Below are positions 56,780 to 64,000 of a stretch of DNA of 64,000 bases, piece after piece. Numbering within the stretch: position 1 is the first letter of the stretch; the number at the start of each line of letters is the position of its first letter. This DNA comes from Candidatus Latescibacterota bacterium. GTDB taxonomy: Bacteria > Latescibacterota > UBA2968 > GCA-2709665. The DNA lies in NCBI GenBank assembly GCA_012270675.1, contig JAAXHW010000060.1:19973-83972 (forward strand), in the 5' to 3' direction. Both the position numbers and the translations under genes were made by a program. The notes under the pieces are model-generated. The model was not told where the DNA came from. It was given only the letters and a program-made list of their open reading frames with translations, and did not search any database.

Positions 56780-57531
56780 ACCCGTATGCCGACGTTGCCA
56801 GCACCCTGCAGGAATCCCTGAACCTTGCACTTCCCCCCATCGCCGTATGCATTACCAACAGCGTGCCCGAAGGCGTCCCGACCTTCCAGGGGCAGGTCCC
56901 GGCAGGCTGCCTGTTCTGGCAGGAAGCCGCCAGAGGCGCCTTCGCCACCTCGACCCCGGACCACGAACTGTGCGCCATCGGCGTTCACACCCACCACATG
57001 GCAGCGCCTGCATCCTCGTACGAATCCGAACTCGGCCGGGTGCTCAAGGTGATGGCCGACATGGAATACGTGCGCGAAGAGGACGTTCCGAACATCCCCG
57101 TGCTCGCACAGGAGACAAAGCACGTGGTCTACGCCCATCTGGCCGAAACGCCCCTGCCGCCCGACGTGGTCATCCTGTTCGTGCATTCACAGCAGGGGCT
57201 GGTCATCACCGAAGCCGTGCAGCAGGTAGAACCGGCTGTTCCCCTCGCCATGGGCCGTCCCGCATGCGCCGTGATCCCGCAGGCGATCAACACCGGCCAG
57301 GCCGCCCTGAGCCTGGGCTGCTGCGGCGCCCGGGCCTACCTCGATGCGCTTTCAGACGATGTCGCGCTCTGGGCCCTTCCCGGCGGCAAGGTCGAGCGCT
57401 ACGCCGAGCGGATTGCCGCCCTGGCCGGGGCCAACAACGTTCTGGGCAAATTCCACACGCTGCGCCGGCAAGATGTGGAGGCAGGCCTCAGACCCACGGT
57501 TGTCGAATCGCTCTTGCGGCTTGAAAACTGA
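56776..57531 (+). CDS. DUF169 domain protein
   Basis: 251 aa with the conserved Cys pattern typical of DUF169 (PAGCLFW...ELCAIGV...RPACAV...LGCCGAR). Its ATG overlaps the lgt stop (ATGA). Confidence 0.72.
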   Translation: MNPYADVASTLQESLNLALPPIAVCITNSVPEGVPTFQGQVPAGCLFWQEAARGAFATSTPDHELCAIGVHTHHMAAPASSYESELGRVLKVMADMEYVREEDVPNIPVLAQETKHVVYAHLAETPLPPDVVILFVHSQQGLVITEAVQQVEPAVPLAMGRPACAVIPQAINTGQAALSLGCCGARAYLDALSDDVALWALPGGKVERYAERIAALAGANNVLGKFHTLRRQDVEAGLRPTVVESLLRLEN

Positions 57532-57547
57532 ACCTCGGGGAAATGAC

Positions 57548-59590
57548 ATGGCCGGCCGCGTTCGGATCGGCGTTGATATCGGCGGCACGTTCACCGACAT
57601 CGTCGCTGTGGATGGGACGCTGGGAAAATACACCATCCTCAAAGTCCCCTCAACGCCCACCAATTACGTGCTTGGGATCAAAACCGGCCTGGAACGCCTG
57701 TTTTCAGAGCACGGGTGGCGCCCCAGCGATGTGGCGTTGTGCTTCCACGGCACCACGGTAGCAACCAATACGGTCATTGAGAAGAAAGGCGCAAAAACGG
57801 GTCTTTTGACCACCGTGGGGTTTCGCGACGTGCTTGAAGTGGGGCGCACCGAACGCCCCCCCCTTGACCTCTACAACCTCGCCATGGAACGCCCAAAGCC
57901 CCTTGTCCCTCGCCGACTCCGTCTGGGGGTGCCCGAACGGATCAACCACAGGGGCGAGGTGGTAGAACCGCTCGACACGGAGGCCGTCCGCGAGGCCATC
58001 GACCGGATGCTGGCGATGGACATTGAGGCCCTGGCCATCTCCTTCCTCAACGCCTACGCCAATCCCGTCCACGAACGCCGGGCAAGAGAAATTGCCCGAT
58101 CCCTCCGACCCGACCTCTATGTGGCCGTCTCCTCCGAGGTGAATCCCCAGTTCAAGGAATTTGAGCGCACCAGCACAACGGTCTTGAGCAGCTATGTGGG
58201 CCCTCGCGTCAGCCGTTACATGGAAGGCATGAAAACCGTGCTGGCCGAACTCGGCGTCAAATCTCCGCTGCACATCATGCAGGCCAGCGGCGGCGCGATG
58301 ACCGTGGATGCCGTGGCAGAACGTGCCGTCCATACGGTTCTTTCCGGCCCCGCAGCCGGCGTTCTTGGCGCCCTGAAAGTCGGCGAGGCCGTCAATGAGC
58401 CCAATTTTGTCTCCTTCGACATGGGCGGGACGAGCACGGATGTCTCCCTGGTAAAAAACGGGCAGTTCCGCATCGTCGAAGAAACAAAGGGCGTGGGCTA
58501 TCACCTCCGGATGCCCATGATGGACATCACCACCATCGGCGCCGGAGGCGGCAGCATCGCCTGGATCGACACGGGCGGCGTCTTAAAGGTAGGTCCCAAC
58601 AGCGCCGGCGCCGAGCCGGGACCGGCCTGTTACGGTATGGGGAGGAATGTAACGGTAACCGACGCACACGTCCTTCTGGGGTACATCGACCCGGGGTTCT
58701 TCCTGGGCGGCGAAATGCGCCTCGATACGAAACGGGCGCACACGTTGATACAGCAGAAGGTAGCAGTGCCCCTTGGCCTGAGCGTGGAGAAGGCCGCCGC
58801 CGGTATCGTCCGGATCGCCAATGCCAACATGATCCGCGCAATCAAACGCGTATCCATCGAACGCGGGCACGACGTGCGGGACTTCAGCCTCATTCCATTC
58901 GGCGGGGCCGGCGGGCTCCATGCGGGCCAGCTCCTCGGGGAACTGGGCATGCGGCGGGTCATCGTACCCATCTACCCCGGCGTCCTCTCCGCCTGTGGCC
59001 TTGTGGAGGCGAACCTGGAATACCAGTGCGTGCAGACGATCCTGAAGCGGCTGGACGGTGTCGATGCGTCCACCCTGCGAGGCCTCTACGCCGGGCTGGA
59101 GATACGCGGCCGGAAGGAAATGCACCACATCCGGGATGGGGCCCTTCGGTTCAAACGCGCGGCGAACCTGCGGTATCGCAAACAGGTCCGGCAGGTCACC
59201 GTCGAACTCGGCAGCGAATGGGCAGACCACACCACCATCCGCCGGCAGTTCCGCGAAGCGCACGAAAGGCTTTACGGCTACGCCACGGATGAACCCGTAG
59301 AAATCGTGGACATCCGTGTCGCGTGTATCCACCCACCTCCGGAAGGGGTCGATTGGGGCAAAGCGGCAGGCGACGGGGCAGACCCCCAAAAAGGCAGGCG
59401 ACGGGCCTATTTCGAAGAACTCGACGGCTTTGTGGACTGCCCGGTATATGCGCGCGGCAACCTGGGTCGGGATTTCAGCGTCCAGGGCCCCGCAATCGTC
59501 GAACAGGATGAAACCAACACCGTTGTCCGCCCGGGCCAGACGCTTACGGTGCACCCTTCGGGCAACCTGTTCATCTCACCAGGTCCCTGA
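57548..59590 (+). CDS. hyuA: hydantoinase/oxoprolinase family protein, A (ATP-hydrolysing) subunit
   Basis: RIGVDIGGTFTDIV...FHGTTVATN...SFDMGGTSTDVS. 680 aa. Confidence 0.9.
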   Translation: MAGRVRIGVDIGGTFTDIVAVDGTLGKYTILKVPSTPTNYVLGIKTGLERLFSEHGWRPSDVALCFHGTTVATNTVIEKKGAKTGLLTTVGFRDVLEVGRTERPPLDLYNLAMERPKPLVPRRLRLGVPERINHRGEVVEPLDTEAVREAIDRMLAMDIEALAISFLNAYANPVHERRAREIARSLRPDLYVAVSSEVNPQFKEFERTSTTVLSSYVGPRVSRYMEGMKTVLAELGVKSPLHIMQASGGAMTVDAVAERAVHTVLSGPAAGVLGALKVGEAVNEPNFVSFDMGGTSTDVSLVKNGQFRIVEETKGVGYHLRMPMMDITTIGAGGGSIAWIDTGGVLKVGPNSAGAEPGPACYGMGRNVTVTDAHVLLGYIDPGFFLGGEMRLDTKRAHTLIQQKVAVPLGLSVEKAAAGIVRIANANMIRAIKRVSIERGHDVRDFSLIPFGGAGGLHAGQLLGELGMRRVIVPIYPGVLSACGLVEANLEYQCVQTILKRLDGVDASTLRGLYAGLEIRGRKEMHHIRDGALRFKRAANLRYRKQVRQVTVELGSEWADHTTIRRQFREAHERLYGYATDEPVEIVDIRVACIHPPPEGVDWGKAAGDGADPQKGRRRAYFEELDGFVDCPVYARGNLGRDFSVQGPAIVEQDETNTVVRPGQTLTVHPSGNLFISPGP

Positions 59591-59610
59591 CCGGATTTCA
59601 GGAGCAGCCC

Positions 59611-61362
59611 ATGGGAACAATCGATCCCATATCGATGGAGGTCCTGAGCAACGCGGTCCTCTCCATCTGTGAGGAAATGGGCATCGTCCTTTCAGGCACC
59701 GCCCGTTCACCCCTGTTGCGCGAGTCCGGTGATTTTTCCTGTACCCTCCACAGCGGCAACGGCCAGCTGGTCGCCCAGACCAACACCCTTCCGGCGCTGG
59801 CGAGCCTGGCCCGCAGCGCCGTCCTCAGCCTGGGCGAATTTGTCGATATTCCAAACGAAGCGGAGCCGGGTGACATCTACTACACGAATCACCTGGAAAT
59901 CGGAGGGTCCCACTTAAGCGATGTGAAGGCAATCGCCCCCCTGTTCCATAAGGGCGAAATCGTAGCGTGGGTGGCCAACTGCGCCCACTGGCCGGACGTT
60001 GGCGGCGCCTTCGCCGGGGGCTATGTCTGCGCCACAGACATCTTTCAGGAAGGCTTTCTCATCCCGCCCGTCAGGTTTTTCCGACGAAACCGGTTGAACC
60101 GGGAGACCGTCGATTTCGTCCTGAACAACGTACGCGCCCCCGACGAGAGGCTGGGGGATATTCTGGCGCAGGCAGCGGCGGTTCGGCGGGGAAAAAAACG
60201 CCTTGTGGAACTGATCGAAACCTACGGGCTGGAAACGCTTCAGACCTTCTTCAAGGCCTACCTGGATTACACGGAGAAGCGCGTACGGCACGAAATCCGC
60301 GGAATAAAAAACGGCGTTTACACATTCCAGGACAGCATGGACAACGACGGCATCGGCGAGCTGCCCGTCGGCATAAAAGTCAAGGTGACGGTCCACGACG
60401 ACAGGATAAGCTTCGACTTCACCGGATCGGACCCGCAGGTGCAGGGGCCGATCAACGCCACCCCCTCGGTCGTCTGGGCAGGGGTCAATTTTGCGGTTCG
60501 GGGTGTAACCGATGCGTTGATTCCGATTAATGAGGGCGTGTACCGGCCGCTGGAAGTGATCGTTCCGGAAGGCTGCTGGTTGAACGCGAAACACCCCGCG
60601 CCCCGGCAGCACAGCACCCACGAAACGGGCCACCGGGTGATCGATTGCACATTGGGGGCGCTGGCCCGGGCAGTCCCGGACCGGGTGCCCGCTGCAATGC
60701 ATGGGACCAGCTCGATTCTGATCATGTGCGGCGACGACACCCGCCTCGATCCCCCCGAGTTCTTCATGTTTTTCGATTGTGTCGCCGGCGGTTTCGGAGG
60801 GCGCCCGGACAAAGACGGCATCGATGGCATCCGCACCGGCATAGGCAATGCGACGAATATCCCCGTCGAGCTTGCCGAAGTCGAATTCTCGCTGATAACC
60901 GAAAAATACGAATTGATCACCGACAGCGGCGGCCCGGGCAAGTATCGGGGCGGCTGCGGCCTGCAGCGTATTATGCGCGTCGATGGCGGTCCCGACGCCA
61001 GGGTGCTGTGCATCTCTTCCTCAGAGCGAACCGTCGGCCGTCCGTACGGGCTGCAGGGGGGAAAGCCCGGCGCACCGGGGCGCTGGAGCGTAAACCCGGC
61101 CACCCGGAAGGAGACGCCGTTGAAAGGGAAAGATCACCGCTGGCTCGGCACCGGTGAGACCTGCTCGGCCGGCGCTCCCGGAGGCGGCGGGTGGGGCGAT
61201 CCCTTCGAACGTGCGCCGGAGGCCGTTCTGGAAGATGTCCTGGAGGAAAAGATCTCTCTGGCCTCCGCCGCCAGGGACTACGGCGTGGCCATCCGGCCCG
61301 ACAGTATTGACCGGGAGGAGACGGCCCGGTTGCGCCGGAAAAAGGGGCATGGCGACGGCTGA
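59611..61362 (+). CDS. hyuB: hydantoinase B/oxoprolinase family protein
   Basis: DPISMEVLSNAVLSICEEMG...GDIYYTNHLEIGGSHLSDV...GGGGWGDP. 583 aa. Confidence 0.9.
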   Translation: MGTIDPISMEVLSNAVLSICEEMGIVLSGTARSPLLRESGDFSCTLHSGNGQLVAQTNTLPALASLARSAVLSLGEFVDIPNEAEPGDIYYTNHLEIGGSHLSDVKAIAPLFHKGEIVAWVANCAHWPDVGGAFAGGYVCATDIFQEGFLIPPVRFFRRNRLNRETVDFVLNNVRAPDERLGDILAQAAAVRRGKKRLVELIETYGLETLQTFFKAYLDYTEKRVRHEIRGIKNGVYTFQDSMDNDGIGELPVGIKVKVTVHDDRISFDFTGSDPQVQGPINATPSVVWAGVNFAVRGVTDALIPINEGVYRPLEVIVPEGCWLNAKHPAPRQHSTHETGHRVIDCTLGALARAVPDRVPAAMHGTSSILIMCGDDTRLDPPEFFMFFDCVAGGFGGRPDKDGIDGIRTGIGNATNIPVELAEVEFSLITEKYELITDSGGPGKYRGGCGLQRIMRVDGGPDARVLCISSSERTVGRPYGLQGGKPGAPGRWSVNPATRKETPLKGKDHRWLGTGETCSAGAPGGGGWGDPFERAPEAVLEDVLEEKISLASAARDYGVAIRPDSIDREETARLRRKKGHGDG

Positions 61363-61370
61363 CGGAAAGG

Positions 61371-61841
61371 TTAATCCCCTTCCCGCTCCTGACACACCAG
61401 TTCCAGTCCGGACTCTTTGAGAAGCTGCTGATAGACCTCCTCCAGTTCAGGCTCGTAATCGTAGGGTTCCACATACAATATTCTGATGACCCCCGCCTGG
61501 ATCGACTCCTTGAGGCACCCAAAACAGGGCCGCGTGGTCGAATAAAGCACAGCCCCCTCGGTACGCGCGCCGTGCCGCGCGGCGAAGGCAATCGCATTTT
61601 GCTCCGCATGTACGCACAGGCAGGTATCCGTCTCCTGTCCCGAAGGAATATCGGACGCGCAGCGCGGGCAGCCCCCCTCAAAACAGTTCTTCACCCCCAT
61701 CGGCGTCCCGTTGTAGCCGGTACTGATGATATTTCGGTCCTTCACAATTACCGCCCCGATCTGCCGGCGGATGCAGTTGGACCGCTCCGATACATTGTAC
61801 GCGATATTCATAAAATAGCGGTCCCACTCTGGCCTGTTCAT
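61371..61841 (-). CDS. dCMP deaminase (cytidine/deoxycytidylate deaminase family)
   Basis: MNRPEWDRYFMNIA...CVHAEQNAI...PCFGCLK zinc motifs. Confidence 0.88.
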   Translation of the reverse strand: MNRPEWDRYFMNIAYNVSERSNCIRRQIGAVIVKDRNIISTGYNGTPMGVKNCFEGGCPRCASDIPSGQETDTCLCVHAEQNAIAFAARHGARTEGAVLYSTTRPCFGCLKESIQAGVIRILYVEPYDYEPELEEVYQQLLKESGLELVCQEREGD

Positions 61842-61922
61842 GCCTGGAAGTCCTTTCGGTGTTTTGGACTGAGAAGTGAATACAATTAACAAGCATCAGA
61901 CGGAAAGAAAGGAAGACTGCGC

Positions 61923-62660
61923 ATGCATCCCACAACAACAGCCGAAGCCCTGGACATCCGGGAAAGAGGCAAGCCCATAGACGGCGTACCCCAGGTCATC
62001 GACCGCCGACTTTACATGCAACTCCACGTGTTTGGCAACTGTTCCTGTCCTGAAACGCTTATCGATCCTGTACAGAGCAGCGGCCTGGAATGCGCCCTCT
62101 ACAGCGACCTGAACGACCCGTGCGGCATTGGCATGTTAACCATCGCCGAATCCCCTGACACGCTTGTGGAGGAAGCCCGGTCGCTCCTGCGGGACGAACC
62201 GTTTGCATCCCTGCATCGCAAGCCGGAACTGACGATGGTCGGACGGACCTATTCCACCGGTTTCGAGTCCGACCTGGAAGACATGCTCCTGGCCAAACCC
62301 CGCCGGAACAGTCTCAACCCGCAGTGGCCCTGGGCCGTTTGGTACCCCTTGCGGCGCAAACCCGAATTCGGACTTCTCTCCAGGGAAGAAACAGGGAAAA
62401 TACTGGGAGAACACGCCCGCATCGGCAGGGCCTACGCCCGGGTCGGCTACGCGAACGACATCCGCCTGGCCTGTTACGGCCTCGATCAGAATGACAACGA
62501 CTTTGTCATCGGCCTTGTAAGCGCCGACCTCTATCCCCTCTCCCGCATCGTACAGGAAATGAGAAAGACCCGGCAGACGGCAAAATACATCCAGTCTCTC
62601 GGCCCCTTCTTCGTGGGCAAGGCCTTCTGGCAGAGCCCGTCGAGGAAGCAAAAGCGCTAA
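61923..62660 (+). CDS. chlorite dismutase family protein (Cld/HemQ-like)
   Basis: 245 aa. The pattern WAVWYPLRRKPEF...HARIGRAY...NDFVIGL is as in the Cld family. Recalled, not searched. Confidence 0.75.
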   Translation: MHPTTTAEALDIRERGKPIDGVPQVIDRRLYMQLHVFGNCSCPETLIDPVQSSGLECALYSDLNDPCGIGMLTIAESPDTLVEEARSLLRDEPFASLHRKPELTMVGRTYSTGFESDLEDMLLAKPRRNSLNPQWPWAVWYPLRRKPEFGLLSREETGKILGEHARIGRAYARVGYANDIRLACYGLDQNDNDFVIGLVSADLYPLSRIVQEMRKTRQTAKYIQSLGPFFVGKAFWQSPSRKQKR

Positions 62661-63427
62661 CCCGCTGATTTGTTCAGCTGATCCAGAATGGCCCGCCGCA
62701 TCGCCCACTCCGTCACCCGCGGAAACCACAGCCCAAGCGTCGCAAACACCCGATTTCCAACCCCTGGAATCAGCACCCGTTTCCGCGCCACCACCGCCCG
62801 GTAGATCCGGTCCGCCAGCGCTTCAGGCGGCATTCGCCGGTGTTCCCGGCTGTTGTCCGGGCTGTACCGTCTGGCGTGCGCCGTCCGCGTTGGCCCCGGA
62901 AAAACCGTCAGCACGTGCAGGTCGGCCAGTGCGGCCGAAAGACTCCGCGCATACGACGCCAGCCCGGTCTTGCTTGCCGCATACGCCGCAGCGCCGGGGT
63001 AGCTGACAAAGTGTGACAGAGAAGACACAAACACCAGCGTTGCCCCGGGGGCCAGCTGATCCGCCTTCAGAAGCTCCGCGGTCAGCACCATCGGCGCGGT
63101 CAGATTCAGGTCAATCACCGCCCGCTGCCGGTCGATCCGCACCTCCGGAAACCGGCCCACCGCGCTGATGCCTGCGTTGTAGACCAGTACATCGATCGCC
63201 GGCCCGCCGCACAGGGCCTCCACAGCCCGATCAATGCCCTCCTCTGTGCCCAGGTCGGCAACCACAAAAGAGACCGTCCCTCCTTTCCGCTCCAGATCGA
63301 CCCGCGTCTGCGCCGCCCGGTCCGCATCCACATCGACCCCCACAACCGATACGCCTGTCCTGGCGAACCGCCCGGCCAGCGCCCGACCGATTCCATCGGC
63401 CGCGCCTGTAATCACGCAGTGGGTCAT
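62657..63427 (-). CDS. short-chain dehydrogenase/reductase (SDR)
   Basis: The start MTHCVITGAADGIGRALA (TGxxxGIG), then NAG and YAASKTGL (YxxxK). Its stop overlaps the convergent Cld stop. Confidence 0.88.
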   Translation of the reverse strand: MTHCVITGAADGIGRALAGRFARTGVSVVGVDVDADRAAQTRVDLERKGGTVSFVVADLGTEEGIDRAVEALCGGPAIDVLVYNAGISAVGRFPEVRIDRQRAVIDLNLTAPMVLTAELLKADQLAPGATLVFVSSLSHFVSYPGAAAYAASKTGLASYARSLSAALADLHVLTVFPGPTRTAHARRYSPDNSREHRRMPPEALADRIYRAVVARKRVLIPGVGNRVFATLGLWFPRVTEWAMRRAILDQLNKSAG

Positions 63428-64000
63428 CGTGATGTGCTCCGCATCACACCGTCCACCGCCCCGCCCAGCAACCGCCCGGCAAACCTCAGCAAACGGTTGC
63501 CCGCGCCGACCGTCACAACCGGCCGTCTTCCCGCAATCGCCCGTGCAATCTTTGACGCAACCCGCTCCGCCGGTGAAAACCGTTCCCAGTCCACCCTGTC
63601 CCGAGTCAACCCGATCTTGGCGTGCAGCCCCGTCCGCGTCGCCCCCGGGTGGACCACCTGCACCCGCACCCGGCCCTTCAGCTCTGCCCGCAAACTCCGG
63701 CCAAGCGCCTCTAACGCCGCCTTCGTCGCGGCATAAACCGCATAGTCCGGACACGCAATCGCCGATGCAACCGACCCGATCAGCACCATCTTCCCCCCGG
63801 TCTGCTCCAGGTAGGGATACAGCCTGTGCGACAGCAGAATCGGCGTGGTCAAATTCACGGCCAGAACCTGCCGAATGCTGGCCCGCGTCTGCTCCTTCAC
63901 CGGCCCGTAATACCCCGTCCCCGCGTTCTGAATCAGCAGATCGATCCCCTCGATTTCCTGCGCCTGGAGAAACCGCTCGATTTCATCCACACAATCATCC
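63424..64000 (-). CDS. short-chain dehydrogenase/reductase, 5' end beyond the window
   Basis: NAGTGYYGP and YAATKAAL (YxxxK). The stop overlaps the start of the next SDR (ATGA). The N-terminal Rossmann motif lies outside the window. Confidence 0.85.
   Translation of the reverse strand, partial: DDCVDEIERFLQAQEIEGIDLLIQNAGTGYYGPVKEQTRASIRQVLAVNLTTPILLSHRLYPYLEQTGGKMVLIGSVASAIACPDYAVYAATKAALEALGRSLRAELKGRVRVQVVHPGATRTGLHAKIGLTRDRVDWERFSPAERVASKIARAIAGRRPVVTVGAGNRLLRFAGRLLGGAVDGVMRSTSR

Noticed and set aside
62657-62660. Overlapping convergent stop codons of the Cld-family and SDR genes (CTAA)
   Set aside because: The overlap is real, but it is a trivial consequence of tight packing. There is no evidence of functional significance.

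Overview
The window is a visibly GC-rich bacterial chromosomal segment with about 60 well-supported protein genes. Translation starts are often GTG or TTG, and adjacent genes often overlap as ATGA or TTGA. I found no rRNA, tRNA, CRISPR array, transposase or integrase.

Gene layout:
- 0-12 kb: small-molecule metabolism, a tandemly duplicated signal peptidase I (lepB) pair, and a cobalamin riboswitch with its own terminator in front of a btuD-btuF-btuC-type ABC importer.
- 13-30 kb: relA/spoT, then a ~15 kb minus-strand housekeeping array (TPR, efp, accB, accC, gcvH, HNH, scpA, scpB, frameshifted rluB, cmk, plsC, rpsA, mtaB, GNAT, mutS).
- 30-36 kb: bioB, mnmG, smpB, a lower-GC DnaC/DnaI-like ATPase, rph, rdgB.
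- 36-40 kb: a TPR-containing lytic transglycosylase, a second TPR protein and a cyclase-family protein.
- 41-51.4 kb: a nine-gene plus-strand array (AKR, MBL hydrolase, Zn-ADH, a 642-aa uncharacterised membrane protein, D-aminoacylase, HDAC-like deacetylase, pheA, aminotransferase, PhyH dioxygenase).
- 51.5-64 kb: a desaturase with palindromic operators, an alpha/beta hydrolase-Gfo/Idh/MocA-creatininase trio, lgt translationally coupled to DUF169-hyuA-hyuB, dCMP deaminase, a Cld-family protein and tandem SDRs.

No canonical defence or mobile system is visible. The candidates most worth a second look are:
1. A ~30-nt element that begins exactly at the stop codon of three unrelated genes, with two further copies elsewhere.
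2. The lgt-DUF169-HyuAB operon next to a creatininase paralog.
3. The MBL/ADH/membrane protein/D-aminoacylase/deacetylase module.
4. The compositionally atypical, zinc-ribbon-bearing DnaC/DnaI-like orphan gene.

All family assignments come from motif recognition by eye. No database search was run.
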